From: Felis catus
Taxonomy: Eukaryota
Assembly (NCBI RefSeq): GCF_018350175.1
Contig: NC_058368.1
Location: 156,676,001-156,740,000 of the forward strand
DNA length: 64,000 nt
Direction of reading: 5' to 3'
Shown: positions 14,031-28,108 of the stretch, one piece after another
Layout: each line of letters begins with the position of its first letter
How positions within the stretch are numbered: position 1 is the first letter of the stretch
Program-made: the position numbers and the translations under genes
The notes under the pieces: model-generated
The model's database searches: none
The model's input: only the letters and a program-made list of their open reading frames with translations
What the model was told of the DNA's origin: nothing

Positions 14031-15794
14031 AGTATTCTTACTCTTATTCAGATGCATGGAGACAAAATAATATAATTACATCACAATTTGAAAACTTGAA
14101 CAAAATTGAAATAAAGAACTGGAAACATATCAAAATGGGTATCAAATCTCTGATTTCCCATGTTGAATAATTCATTTCAGTTGAGATAACAGTTGCAATT
14201 TAGCTATTTTCCTTAATCATTTAAGAATACATAAATATACACCAGAAAAGTAAAGATTATTTTCCAGGGATTTCTCTTTCCCAGTTGTGTTAGAGATAGT
14301 AATTCTACTGTATTTGTCAAAGAAAAAAAAAAAGAGTGAATGAAAGAAAAAAAAATAGCCTTGAAATAATTATAAACACTGCACGAATAAACATAAGTAT
14401 AAGGAAGTATCATAAAATCGGACATTAAAATAACTGGAGCCTACAGAACATATCCTCTAAAAAAAGGGGGGGAGTAATTATAACCCTAAGAAGAAAACAA
14501 AATCCTCTTCATCAATCAAAACTATAAGTAATAGCACTGTGAATAGTTTTATGACTGTTGTTGATTGATTACCATCATTAACTGAACCAATTTCAAATGA
14601 CTATATTGCAGGATGACTAAAATGCATCACAGAGGCACGGTCATGGAATTATCCATTCCTTGGTATATTCACAAATTCAATTTGAGAAAAAAAAGAAAAG
14701 TCAATGATTTCCTCTTTGTCTTCCTGCTTCTACTCTTCCTCGCTCCAACTCATTCTCCAAAATCTTAAGCCTGGATATTTTTTTGGACACAAGTCTGATG
14801 TTTCCCTTGCTTTAAATTCTTCATTGCTTTCTCACTGACTTCAGAATAAAGTTCAAACTTCTTAGCATGTCATGCAAATATTTCTCTGCTAATTTCTCCA
14901 GACTCCATTTCACTAGACCTCCAATATACAGAACAACTTGTAGCACCTCAAATTCCCATCTTCTCTCTCACACCTGTGTCCCTCCTCATCCCTTTCCCTT
15001 TGCCTTGAACTTGACAGTGTCCACCATCCTCTGTCCTATTCTGGTACCAAATGCGAGTCTCCCTGCTATGCAGACATCTTTCCCAAGCCGTCCTATGGAC
15101 ACTATTTGGCCCTTCTCTTACTCTCCTGAACATCTCTGCAACACCACCTGCCATGTTGAGGACTTGTTTACTTCTGATCCCTGGTGTTTGGCACAACTCC
15201 TGGGTTATCACGTGTGATCAAGAAATGTTGGTTAATGTGACAACACTCATGTAGAAGTGAATAAAGGAATGTCTGTCTCATGTCAAGATAACACAGAAAC
15301 TAGTAAGGGAACCAGTATGTAGGTTGTATACCCTTTATTTCCTCCTTCTCTCATTCACTATGATTGTAAGAATCTTATTTGGATTTTATTCTCAAATACT
15401 GAATCTGAACTATGAGAAGCTTAATATCACAACAGCATTGTGCTATCACTTGTACAAAAGTAAGCCTTTTGCCATTGCCACTTTCCCGAATTACAGTGAT
15501 TGATGTTCACTATAATTCGTAAAAAATGGTCAGGCTGTCCTAGCTTTACAACGTGCTTTTCGACAATCTCATTTTAGCAGCAATCTGCTTAGAATGTTTA
15601 CTTATTTGATAAATTGATTTGGATTTATTCAGAACAATCAACTAGAAATCATACCAGGGTAAATAAAGGTGAATGAATATGCTTGTGACATACGTCTTCT
15701 ATTACCTCAAATGTCCAACAAATAGGTGTACTAAACACACAGTAAGCAGTGTGATATTTTCATGCAAAATACTTAGAAGGAAGGTTATTTTTTA

Positions 15795-16224
15795 AGCTTA
15801 TTTTTATTAAAAAAATTTTTTTAACGTTTATTTATTTTTTGAGAGACAAAGAGACAGCGTGAGTGGGGGAGGGGCAGAGAGAGAGGGAGACACAGAATCT
15901 GAAGCAGGCTCCTGGCTCTGAATTGTCAGCACAAAGCCCGATGTGGGGCTCAAACTCATGAGCTGTGAGATCATGACCTGAGTTGAAGTTGGACAATTAA
16001 CTGACTGAGCCACCCAGGCGCTCCAAGTTTATTTTTATTTATTTTGAGACAGAGATAGAAAGCAAGCAGAGGAAGCGCAGAGAGAGAGGGAGACAAAATC
16101 TCAGCAAGCCCCATGCTGTCAGTGCAGAGCTAGATGCAGCACTTGAACTCATGAACTGTGAGATCATGACCTGAGCTGATATCAAGAGTTGGATGCTTAA
16201 CCAACTGAGCCACCCAGGCTCCCC
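15795..16224 (-). mobile_element. Two Can-SINEs, one nested in the A-tail of the other (15795-16024 and 16025-16224)
   Basis: Two SINE bodies; outer TSD agaaggaaggttattttt. Confidence 0.93.
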
Positions 16225-17621
16225 AGAAGGAAGGTTATTTTTATGTGTACAGAAGAATTATGGCTGATACTGCTACCTTTCACTGCTATCTGTGTTTTAC
16301 TCTTCTGTACAAGTAAGTAGCTGAACTACATTTTCTACTCTTTTTTGTTTAGGTGGGGCTATGTGATTAAGAACTAGGCTCTGGCCAAGGGAATGTGAGC
16401 TGAAGGTGCAGGCTAATTCCAGCCCAGCCCATTACATCTTCCCGTATGCAATCTTTTTTTTTCCCTCAACACTGAGAACCTAGATTAGGGCAGGACCACA
16501 GGATAGAAAGAGTCTGGAGTTTCTGAATGAAACAGAAGCCCTACAACCAGCTACAATGGACTATGAAGTGATAAATTTTTATTTTGTTAAACCACTGAGA
16601 TTTGGATGTTCCTCTTTTACAGGTCCTAACACTACTTACTTAACTGATACAAAAATTGATTCCAAAAATGGGTGCTGCCATTAAAAAAAAAAAAGCGCTA
16701 AAATATGTGACATTGACTTAGTGGTCAGGTGGTGGCAGCAAGGTAACATTGGAAGGCTGGAAAGTCTTGCTAGGTCATGGTAAACATTTGGTACAACAGT
16801 TCCCATGATAACTTGCAAGGCAAACTACCTGCTATTGAATGTAAGCTTGGGGGGCCATGGTTGGAAAGAGTCAGAATGAAGGTATCTATTTTCTACAATT
16901 TATTGCCTTTAGTAAGTAATCATAAGAAAGAGATGAGTTTAGATGAAAATAGGCTGATTTACAAGTAAAAATGAAACGAAGTATAAAGAGAAAAATTGAA
17001 AAAGTTGTTTTTAGACCCCAAATAATAGAAAACAAGATTGAAAAAACCTTTGAACAGCACAATCCCATTAAAACAACCTAAAGGCAAATGTCAGATTAGC
17101 CTTCCCACACAGCTGTATGGTACCTGTCATTATATTAAAAGGGAGAAGCAAAGAAGTAAGTCATGCTTGAGGAGTGTAAGAAAGAACATTGGTATGGTTG
17201 TTGGCACCTGGAAGACTACTAACTTTTTGAGACTATTAAGTTTTAAGCTGGTTGACATACTTGGTCTTGCACCAGCACAAAGCAAGATATGAAAGCTTTG
17301 CAATATCCAAGGAGGGCAGTCTACTTCACACCCATTTCATACATGGCTATAGAGGATAAAGAACTTCTCAGATGGTGGAGACAGTGGTTACAGAGAACAA
17401 TATACAAGAGGATTCTCCCCAAATAGTGAAGTTCTACTCAAGGAACTTTCCAACCCTCCAACGAAGTGGCCTTCATAAAGTCTGTCCCTGTGGATTTCAG
17501 AATTGCTATGGGCAAGAAACTGCTATGTGTCTCCCATGCTCTTATTTTTGGTCATTATCTGTTGGATATGTATGAAGTGGTAGGCAGATTTCTATTTCAA
17601 AGGGCTATAAGGAAACACATT

Positions 17622-17656
17622 TGCAGTCAAATGCTCTACCACTCAGCTATACCCTC
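17622..17656 (-). pseudogene. 5' half of tRNA-Cys(GCA), tailless retropseudogene
   Basis: Minus strand reads GAGGGTATAGCTGAGTGGTAGAGCATTTGACTGCA, 33/35 identical to the recalled tRNA-Cys 5' end. It stops at the anticodon and is flanked by the direct repeats aggaaacacatt and aggaaacatact. Confidence 0.85.
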
Positions 17657-17747
17657 AGGAAACATACTGGGACCTGATAAAGGATTTCCTTCTATTCAGA
17701 GATCCTAGACTTGGAGTTGGATAAAGTGATTATATGGGACTCTGGGC

Positions 17748-18363
17748 TGTTTCCAGAAAGCAAGCAGAAAAGATAAAGCTTGTTTTTCAGAGAACTGCTC
17801 CTCCCTAATCAGCTATTGTGTCTTTTCAGATCCCACTAACAAATCCACTAGCTGTCTCTGCAGAAGCCTGGACTCAAGGTCAAGTGATATGATTCCAGCC
17901 TATGAATAAACAAGACCCTGCATTCCTTTCCTGAGATAAGGAGGCTATGACTTCTTCCAGTTTATACCAACTCTCAGAGCATGCCAGTAGCCCCTTCCCC
18001 TTGTCCTAAGATAACTTCCAGACATCAGGAGCTAAATTTTGACTCATTCTGATGTTAAGTCTCTACCCTAAAGTGAACATGGAAGATGTGTTACCTATAT
18101 GTTTGCTCAATGCCCATGCTCCATCTTTCCTTATAAATAGTCATAAGTTTCCCTGTCCTTTTCATCACTATGTATATAATCTCTAGCCCTATGATTGTAA
18201 AAATCTTGTTCTCTCCCACATTAGGAAGAAAGGAGTATTTGAGGCTTGCCCTCCTGTCTCTTCCTTTGGCTACCTCTGGAATAAACACTTTTCTTGCTGC
18301 TACCTGAAGTCTCAGTGATTGGCTTTGCTGCACATTAGGCAGATGAACTTGGGTTTGGTTACA
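17748..18363 (+). mobile_element. Solo ERV-type LTR (ERV1-like); 5' boundary uncertain
   Basis: TATA-like tataaat, AATAAA at ~18280, U5-like gtgattggctttgctg, ends ...ggttaca. Confidence 0.65.
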
Positions 18364-18811
18364 AAGAGAGTTAGTAACACTAGATGGGAAAAAAGGTCCA
18401 GTGCCTTAATAACTGTGTAGTATTGAGACACCACTCTCCATCACTGACCCCTATTAGCTTATAAGAGCAAGATATAAGATTCTATTATGTTAAGTCACTG
18501 ATATATGGGGTTTATCTGTTTAGAGCTATTTACATTAACAAACAAAAAAATTAAGCCAAATCATACTATGGTTACACTGTTTGCTAAAATAAATTTTTCA
18601 TGCATGATTTAAGGCCATTAAATAAAGGACTTCATTGATATTTAGTTTTTAAAAATACTTCTAAAATCTAATTTGCAAAATATCTCATCAAGTGATTGAC
18701 AGTTTATTCAAGAAATGATTCTTCACAGAGTTAATACTAAAAATAGAATTCTAAGGACTTACACTGGTTATATTCTACTTTATCATTTTATTAGAATTTA
18801 GTGACATTTAA

Positions 18812-18991
18812 TTTTTTTAAGTTTATTTACTTATTTTGAGAGAGAGAGAGAAAGAGAGGCAGAGAGAGAGAATCCCAAGCAGCCCCACCCAATGCCCCAA
18901 TGTGGGGCTCAAACTCACTAAACCATGAGATCATGACCTGAGCCAAAATCAAGAGTCAGACATTTAACTGACTGAGCCACCCGAGAGCCCC
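18812..18991 (-). mobile_element. Can-SINE
   Basis: TSD agtgacattta. Confidence 0.92.
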
Positions 18992-19662
18992 AGTGACATT
19001 TAAAATGGTATTCACAGATATATTTTAGATATATCATTTTTATTCTTTTATCTGTCTCACCTATTTTAATTAATAACAATGACAAAATAAAAAAGTCCTA
19101 TTATGCATATTGTTTGCCTTGCCATTCAGCAGTTGTTTTTCCTTCAAAACTGAGTGATGATAAAATAGTTTTATAGAAACATAAAGTCTTAGAATTGGAA
19201 GGGACCTTGTCCAGTCTTTCCCTAAATACAAGAATCCCAGCTACAAATGTGACTGATGACAGATGGTCATGCAGACGGGATGTAGACGTAGCTAGAATAC
19301 TTTCAACTCAGCACTTCAAAATTAAATTTAGTATTTGTTGAACACATATACTGTGTGATGTAGTATTTCATTTTGGATAAATTATAAAATGTATGTTATA
19401 AAACTATTCTGCTTCCTCTGAATCTTTAGAGCTATAATAGCTAGTCTCTATTTCACAGATAGCCCTTCCAAGCATATATACAGTTCTGAATATATTTAGT
19501 CATTGGCACAATTATATCTCTGAGGTCATTAAAGATGCAATCAGCAAACTTTATCAATTATTTTTCAATGACAGAATTTTTAAAGGATATGCTTCCACAA
19601 GTAAACAATAAAGAGGAAGGATTTTTTCTTTTTACAGTACATGTTTAAAAGGAATGACTACA

Positions 19663-20088
19663 GGGGTGCCTGGGTGAATCAGTTGGTTGAATGTCTGAGT
19701 CTTGATTTCAGCTCAGGTCATGATCCCAGGGTCATGAGATTGAGCCCCAGGTTGGGCTCAGCACTGAGCATGAAGCATGCTTAAGATTCTCTCTCTTTCC
19801 CTTTGCTCCTCTCCCCCACTCATTATGCTCTCTCTCTAAAAAAATAAAAATAAAGGGGCTCCTGGGTGGCTCAGTGGGAAAAGCATCTGACTTTGGCTTA
19901 GGTCATGATCTCACAATTGGTGAGTTCAAGCCCCAGGTCAGGTTCTGTGCTCATAGCTCAGAGCCTGGACCCTGCTTCAGATTCTGTGTCTCCTTCCCTC
20001 TCTGCCTTTCCCCCACTCATGCTCTCTCTGTCTCTCAAAAATAAATAAACATTAAAAAAATTAAAAAATTTAAAAAAAATTAAAAAAT
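19663..20088 (+). mobile_element. Two tandem Can-SINEs (19663-19853 and 19855-20088)
   Basis: Two gggg...cctgggtg heads, each with a (CT)n tract and A tail. Confidence 0.93.
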
Positions 20089-20699
20089 GAAAGGAATTAT
20101 TAGTTACCTACATGTCCCTGGATTATCAATTAAAGCTTTTCTTCAATTACCATATTATTTGATAAGTCACTGATTATAGTTTTATAAGCAAGTAAAAAAG
20201 ATAAGGAAAGTGAAGTGTTAACACCTACAATGTAACTAAAATACTTGAGGAACACTGAAAAAACCTTCACCCCTTAGTTTAAAAACAGTTAATAAGGGTT
20301 TAATGTGACAAGTGACTTCAAAACTTGCAATTATCCTGCTAAGGCATGTCGTCACCAACTGAGAAAAAGATGGCAGATACAGGGGTGTAGTAGGTGTTGT
20401 GAATCCTTGTTCCTCTCCTCAACACCACATTCCGTTCAATTCTCTGTCAGGGTGTGGAAAAGTCCATTGTCTGGGTTGGCAAGTTTAACAAAAACTGTAG
20501 AACCAACCCAAGCAGTATATTTCCCCATGATCCACTCTTTCTTGCCTTCTGCCTTTCTGCCAAGCTTGCTATTTTTTCCATTTCCATTAATACTCTGTTA
20601 CTTTTTAAAGGAAGACAGGACTTTTTCTTAATAAAAGATTTGTGCTACTTTGCAGAGTGAATGAATTCTCCAGTTGGTATACTTTTCCTTTTCTGAAAC

Positions 20700-21430
20700 A
20701 CATTCATGCATTCAACAATATTTACTGGATGTCTATTATGTACTAGGTACTGGGGATTTAGCAAAGCATAAAATTAAGTTCCTACTCCTAAGGAGCTTTC
20801 GTTCTAGGGGAGATAAACTGCCAATAAAGTGGAGGATAATATGTTACACGGTGATAGGTGCATGAAACAACATACAGCCCTTGGTAAAGGGATGGTGGTC
20901 AGACGGGCCTACTATTTTAGATAGGATATGGACAGAAAGCCTGCCCTGTAAGGAAACATTTGAAAAGGGACCTGAAGCAACGAGGAAGCATTTCAGGCAA
21001 AGGAAGCAGCAAATGCAGAGGCCCTGAAGAATTCTAGTGTGGGTGGAATGACTAGAAAGTGAATGGGAGGAGATGAAATCAGAACTTGTTGAAACAACAG
21101 ATCACAGGGGCGCCTGGGTGGCGCAGTCAGTTAAGCGTCCGACTTCACCCAGGTCACGATCTCACGGTCCGGGAGTTCGAGCCCCGCGTCGGGCTCTGGG
21201 CTGATGGCTCAGAGCCTGGAGCCTGTTTCCGATTCTGTGTCTCCCTCTCTCTCTGCCCCTCCCCCGTTCATGCTCTGCCTCTCTCTGTCCCAAAAATAAA
21301 TAAACGTTGAAAAAAAAAAAATTGAAACAACAGATCACATGGGACCATACAGACCCTTGGTAAGGACCTGGGTTTTTCTTGAAGTGAGTTAAAACAGAAG
21401 AGCAAATGAATAAATAGACTAAAATGGTGT
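20700..21430 (-). mobile_element. L2 fragment hosting a young SINE
   Basis: cattcatgcattcaacaatatttactg, typical of a reversed L2 3' end. Confidence 0.6.
21107..21321 (+). mobile_element. Young SINEC_Fc-type SINE
   Basis: CpG-rich, near consensus; perfect TSD ttgaaacaacagatcaca. Confidence 0.96.
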
Positions 21431-21902
21431 AAGATTGCTTTGTCTGATGTCAAAAGATCAGTCTTTATTAGAGAATACACCAACACCTGAAAAATAGGTT
21501 GTACTCAAAGGGCCAATTATAAAAGGGCAACTATATTGTTTTCTTAAATTACTCCAAGTAATTTTTAAATTTAAGACTAGCTGGGCCGAAATATTTCGAC
21601 AAAGGCAACCTAAAGGTTAATAATGCATGTAAAATGAATGTGAATTTTTGTACTTCTCATCTTTGTGTCTACACTATATCCTTTAAAATTTAGATTTCTG
21701 AACTATATATAACATAATATAATCGAATATAAATTATATTCAGAATCTGCTATGACTCCTGTTGATGTCAGTAATATAATAACATCAAATGAGATTTGAC
21801 AACCAATATTCATCACTACACTATCATATTTAAAATAATGAGAATTCATTAAATACTAATGGTTTGCTCAGCACATAATGAGACCATTATTATTGGAAAC
21901 TA

Positions 21903-22140
21903 CTGGGGTAGGCAGAATTCTAAAATGTACCCTCGAGATTTCTCATCTCAATCCCAGACTGTGAATATTGTATCTCATATACGTGACCATGTAGCTTATA
22001 TGACAAAAGGGATTTTGCAGATGTAATTAGGTCTACTAATCAGTTGACTTTTGAGTTCACCAAAAGGGAGATTGGTAGGGTAGACCCATTCTGATCTAAT
22101 TTCCTTTAAAAGCACAGTGTTTTCTCTACTTGGTAGCAGA
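21903..22140 (+). mobile_element. MLT1-type LTR fragment
   Basis: ggtaggcagaattctaaaatg...gggattttgcagatgtaattaggt. Confidence 0.65.
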
Positions 22141-22269
22141 TAAATTCATTCCCCTTTCGAAAAACCACAGAGGGAGAAGTAACTCTAAGTCAATATAACA
22201 ATTCTGCCATTCTCAAAGTGTGGCTTCTGGCTTTTGGTTCAGGACAGTCACTCTACTCCCCCTGCCCAG

Positions 22270-22391
22270 TTTTACTGGGATAAAATTGTGTAAGTTTTCA
22301 GATGTACAACATTATTTGGTGTGTGTATACATTGTGAAATAATTATCATAGTAAGATTAGTTAACATGGTCTATCACCTCACATAGTTAAC

Positions 22392-22442
<51 letters not shown>

Positions 22443-22670
22443 TGAATATATTTAAGATCTATTCTCTTAGTAAATTTCAATCATACAATATTACTAACTA
22501 TAGTCATCATGCTGAACATAGATTCCCAGAAATTATTCATCTTATAACTAGAAGTTTATTCCCTTTGACCACCATCACCCATTTGCCCCGTCCCAAGACA
22601 ACCATTAAACTACTCTGTATTTCTGACGTTAGTTTTTTCAGTTCCACATCGAAGCGAGATCACAGAGTAT
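22270..22670 (-). mobile_element. L1M 3' end containing a (GT)n microsatellite (22393-22441)
   Basis: tcacctcacatagtta...tttaagatctattctcttagtaaatttcaa, typical of L1MA/MB 3' UTR. Confidence 0.8.
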
Positions 22671-23116
22671 TTAAGACAGCCACTCTTGTTCTCTTCATTT
22701 CCCAACTGGAAAGAAGGTGGAAGAGGGTTAGAAAACAGCTGTGTATTTGTCTTAGGTGTACGACCCAGACGCTGCATTACCCAAAGTAGCACTTCTGCTT
22801 ACACCTCACTGGCCAGAAAGTAGAACTAAGCTGCAAGGGAGGCTAGAAAATTCCAGCTGTTGCTATGAGTCCTTTTGCACACAGAAAACATAGAAGTTCT
22901 ATGATGAAAGATGGGGGTGGGGGAATGGATGTCAGTGGACAACTGGAAGTCTCTACTATAATCCCACAGATGAGCTCAGAACGGCATTGTGAATACTGAG
23001 TTATTCAAATTGTGACGAATTTTTTTTCCATGGAATTGTGTTAGGTAGATAGCTGTTGCATCAAAACTGTCCCCAATTAGTCCTAAATCTATTTTATAGA
23101 TTCTCTACCTAGACCA

Positions 23117-23176
23117 AAAAAAAAAAAAAAGAAAAAAAGAAAAAAAGAAAAAAAGAAAAAAAGAAAAAAAAAAAGA
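23117..23176. repeat. Poly(A) / (GA7)n tract
   Basis: Seen directly. Confidence 0.9.
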
Positions 23177-23709
23177 ATAATTCCCCTTTTATGTAATAGT
23201 CTTTCAAATATTTGAATCAGATTGTCAACATCCCCCATAAGTTTCTAGGCTCAGTGCTCTCTAGTCCCTCTCCTACTTTTCCCTATTTAACATTCCTAAC
23301 TATCTTAAATGTTCTGGAATCATTTTCACTTGTCAAGGAATTTTTTAAAACATGGCCTTCCTCAAAGAACATAGTCCTCAGTGAAAGGTTTTTGGCTAGG
23401 AATGTGAGTTGGCAAAGAGGCCAAGGGAGTATTTAAGGTAAAGAACTAAATCAGGTTGTGTTTGCAGGAACAAATGAACATGGTATGCTCTTAAGAAATC
23501 TATGAAAATCACACATGCTAGAGTGGAAAAATTTTTGGAGAGGGGGTAATTAACAAGAGATACAATTATTCAATAGTGCATATGGCATCCATAAATGTAG
23601 AGTCTTCAAGGCCAGATTACAGAATTATGACATAATCATATTAATATAAAGGAAGCAATGGAGGTAGTACATTGAAATCTACAGTCTAAACTATAAATAC
23701 CTGCTTTTA

Positions 23710-23934
23710 TTTTTTGTTTAATTTTTTTTTTCAACGTTTATTTATTTTTGGGACAGAGAGAGACAGAGCATGAACGGGGGAGGGGCAGAGAGAGAGGGAG
23801 ACACAGAATCGGAAACAGGCTCCAGGCTCGGAGCCATCAGCCCAGAGCCTGACGTGGGGCTCGAACTCACGGACCACGAGATCGTGACCTGGCTGAAGTT
23901 GGACGCTTAACTGACTGCGCCACCCAGGCGCCCC
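23710..23934 (-). mobile_element. Young SINEC_Fc-type SINE
   Basis: Perfect TSD taaatacctgctttta. Confidence 0.96.
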
Positions 23935-24574
23935 TAAATACCTGCTTTTAAATGTGGATGTCAAAAAAGTAAAACAATGGATATGCATAGCTGTAGAAAG
24001 TATCACCTTTTAAAGTTGATAGATCGCTTTTCTTTAATTTCTTCATAAGGTTATAGCCTTAAAGGCAAAGAAATTTTCATAATATATAAAATCGTACTTT
24101 AAAAACAAACACATCTTGTATTTAATATAAAAATAAATTGCCTAAAACATATTATATAAGAATAAACATATTTATGAATATTAAATATAAAATATTTTTA
24201 ATATTACTGTCCTCACACTGACATTTTCTTTAATCAAGAAGAGAGCACTTGCTAATAAACTTTATAATAGAGATGATTAAGTCATATATCGATATTCTTT
24301 TACATCTTATTTAATATAAGTTCTGATGTAAACAATACCCATGGCATTTTAAGTATTCTACAAAAATTTATGTTACTGTGTGATAAAACTAATTAAAATC
24401 TCTCAGGGAGATCATTACTCTCTGCTTATAAATCTCCACATCCTCCCAGTATCAGGGAGCAAATGCTCAAGAAAAGATTATGACTGTGGTAAATTTACAA
24501 AAGGCATCATTTTCAGAGCTGGTGAGAATCTGTGCTACCAGGCACCAGAAAAGTGAATGAGTGGTGGGAAAGAA

Positions 24575-25535
24575 AAATAAGACTACAACAAGATACTACC
24601 TCTCTCTCTATATATATTAAAAAACAAAAACAAAAAACAAAACAAAACAAAAACCCAAAACAGAAAATAACAAGTGTTGGTGAGAATGTATACAAATTAC
24701 AATTAGAACCCTTGTGTAATGTTGGAGGAAATGAAAAATGGTACAGTCACTGGGAAAAAGAGTGAGGCAATTCCTCAAAACATTAAAAATGGATCTAGCA
24801 ATCTCATTTCTGGTTACATATCCAAAGGAAATAAAATCACTATTTCAAACTGATAGCTGCACGCCGTGTTCATAACAGCATTATTCATAGTAGCCAAGAT
24901 GTGAAAACAGCCTAAGGTCTGTTATTAGATGAATGGACAAAGAAAACGTGGTATATACATACAGTGGAATATTACTGAGGCTTAAAAAAGAAGGTAATTG
25001 TACCATTTGTGACCTAATGGATAGGTCTAGAAGTTTAATGGATTGACCATTAAGCTAAGTGAAATTAGCTAGACACAGAAAGACAAATACTGCTGATATC
25101 ACATATGTGAAATCTAAGAAAGTCAAAATTACAGTAACAGAGAGTAGAATGCTGATTAGCAGGTGCTGGGGGCAGTGAGGCAAATGGGGAGATGCTGGTC
25201 AAAGGGTATATACAAACTATCTGTTACAAGGTGAGGAAGTTCTGAAAATCTAATGTATGTCATGATGACTACAATACATGAATATATTATACTATAAATA
25301 ATACATAATAATACCTTAATAATGAGGTATTGTACACTTGAAATTTGCTGAGAAACTAGTTCTCGATTATTCTTACCAAAAAAAAAAAAAAAAAGGTAAA
25401 TAGGTACGGTGGTGGATATACTAATTAACTTGATTGGGAAAATCATTTTATAATGTATGATATGCAAAACATTACATTGTACACCTTAAACATACAAATT
25501 TTTATCAATTACACTTTAGTGAAGCTGGAAAAAAT
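24575..25535 (+). mobile_element. L1M 3' fragment (end of ORF2 plus 3' UTR)
   Basis: aacaagtgttggtgag...gcattattcatagtagccaagatgtgaaaacagcctaag...tgtacaccttaaac. Confidence 0.88.
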
Positions 25536-25890
25536 TTATTTTATGGAAAACAAACATATCATAGTGATCTTAAGAGGCTAATCCAATAAACTAATCTGAT
25601 CAAACAATGAAAAATTAGGGAGGAAAAGTACATGAGTGGTAAATGTAACCAAGTACCCTTTTTTGAGATTGAGCAATAGTTTATCTCTCCTTAATAATGT
25701 AGGCCGGTAAAACAACAGACCATTTAATGGCAATATGTGATATTAACATCACAGTAATATTGATAACTTAATATGAATGCTATCCTAAAGGAGACAAATG
25801 ATTTGAAGCCCCAGTCATTAGTGCTTTCAATTTTTACTTTGTTTGAAATGAGATCTGATTTTTATTTTCTCTTAACATTTTTACACCTAT

Positions 25891-26110
25891 GGGGCACCTG
25901 GATAGCTCAGTTGGTTAGGCAATAGACTCTTGGTCTCAGCTCAGGTCATGATCTCACAGTTCATGGGTTTGAGCCTCACATGGGGCTCTGCATTGACAGT
26001 GTGGAGATTGCTTGGGATTCTCTCTCTTTCTCCCTCTCTCTCTCTCTCTCTGCCTCTACCCTGCTTGCACTCTCTCTCTTTCAATAAATAAATAAACAAA
26101 ATTAAAAAAA
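25891..26110 (+). mobile_element. Can-SINE
   Basis: TSD atttttacaccta. Confidence 0.93.
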
Positions 26111-26214
26111 TTTTTACACCTACAATGTCTATTTAGAAAAGCAGTATAGAGATCAAAGGCCTTGCTCAAATTCTCTCAGTTCTGAAAAGCGCTTTATTTA
26201 AAAAATGAATTTCA

Positions 26215-26430
26215 GGGGCGCCTGGATGGCTCAGTCAGTTAAGTATCTGACTTCAGCTCAGGTCATGATCCTACGGTTCATGGGTTCGAGCCCCGTGTCA
26301 GGCTCTGTGCTGACAGCTTAGAGCTTAGAGCGTAGAGCCTGCTTCAGATTCTGTCTCCCCCTCTCTCTCTGCCCCTCCTTATTCTGTCTTTTTTTGTCTC
26401 TCAAAAAATGAATAAATGTCAAAAAAAAAA
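26215..26430 (+). mobile_element. Can-SINE with a small internal triplication (tagagc x3)
   Basis: TSD aaaaaatgaatttca. Confidence 0.93.
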
Positions 26431-27879
26431 TGAATTTCAAACTCTTTGCCATCAATTTGTAATTGTGACAATTACTTCATAAATTCTGTTTACTTAACTC
26501 TCAAAACATGTGTGGAGCAAGTCTGACTTTATCTGGCTCTGTAGCCAGAATGAAATTTTAAAAGTATGAAAAATTAAAATGCTAGAGAAATGAGGATGTG
26601 ACTAACATTGCTATGTGGGTTTTTTTTTTCCCTTGCATAGCTGGAAAGAGAGTCTTTTATTAATTTTTGCAAGTCTTACGTACCTATTTCTCTGTTTTCC
26701 ATGTTTTGTATCAAAGTACCCACTTGGGTTTGCCTTACAGGGGACCTCAGCTAAATTTCAGTCCTTTGATCATGATCTGTTTTACTAAGAATATAATATG
26801 GGTCTTTGTTTTTTCTTCACTAAGGACCAGTAGTTCAAACTTCAAAACAGCCTAGCACTGTCCTGGTTGTTGTTTTTATTAAAAAAGTTAACACATATTG
26901 CATGCTTACATTTGCCAGGCACTGTCCTTGTCATTTTCCATGTCTCAACTCACCAAATGCTCAAAATAATTTTATACTGTGTTCTTTTATTATTTTATAT
27001 TATATATTCTATACTAACTGATGGTTGTAATTTTCATGAGCACCACTGTCATCTATATCAATACCAACATGGGACTTTGCTGGGCTGTTACGTTGCAGGA
27101 CTCAGAGGATTCCTAGCACGGACCATGTGCTGGGGGTTGTGCAGAGGAACTGCTCAGTAAATGCTCATGGATATTAATTTTTAACACTCGTGCGCTTCGT
27201 ACTTTTCTGTGTCCCTTCTCACATCCCCGATGTTCTGAGGAGTTCTGACTTATGTTGAAGATCAACTCTGCCAAAGGCATTACTTAGAGTTTCAGACGGG
27301 AGTGCAAATGGAAAATAGAATCTGTCTTAGGTGGGAACAAGGACTAGTATTTCAGAGGCAAAATAGCACAACAGAAGTCTTTTAATGAGGGAGTAATTTA
27401 GGGTATGCCTTGGGACTTCCTTGGGATAGTCACCAGAACTATCTGCATAACCTGAACAAAGTAACTTAACGTGTACACATAGAAAACAATAGCTACACTC
27501 TCTTATTTGTGTTTAGGAGGTAGTGCGGTATTTTTGGTAAGTAAAAAGCATGATTTCACAAAAGCCCAAAAGCTTTCACTGTTGAATGTAAGATTCCCTT
27601 GGAGAGCTTCTCAATGCTGAGTATGGTTTTACCCAGGGAGTTTAATGGGCTTACCTAACTGTTTGCTTAAGCCTTTCCCATTTAATTACATTCTTATTAC
27701 GAAAGTATATAAAAATTATGAAGTCCAAATAATTTGATTTTCTCTTCACTACTGTCAGGGACACTGATTCTGTTTGCTATAGACACTGTATACTGTGACT
27801 AGGCTCTGCAGAAGCCAAAGAATGACATTCAAATTTTAGCAATATTGTCCTCCTAGGCTAGTGCTGGGTCTTTATTTTT

Positions 27880-28108
27880 ATATTTCTTTTTTTTTTATTT
27901 TTTTTAACGTTTATTCATTTTTGAGACAGAGAAAGACAGAGCATGAATGGGGGAAGGTCAGAGAGCGAGGGAGACACAGAATCTGAAACAGGCTCCAGGC
28001 TCTGAGCTGTCAGCACAGAGCCCGACGCGGGGCTCGAACTCACGCACGGCGAGATCATGACTAGAGCCGAAGTCGGACGCCCAACCGACTGAGCCACCCA
28101 GGTGCCCC
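27880..28108 (-). mobile_element. Can-SINE
   Basis: Near-consensus body; TSD tttttatatttc. Confidence 0.95.

Larger units (their letters stand above)
16290..18540 (+). mobile_element. Old ERVL-MaLR (MLT1-type) LTR plus internal region, interrupted by a tRNA retrocopy and a second LTR
   Basis: LTR 3' motif ttgttaaaccactgagatttgg...taactgataca, followed by an MLT1-int-like start (aaaattg...gggtgctgcc...ctaaaatatgtg); LTR-like remnant at ~18470-18535. Confidence 0.6.
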
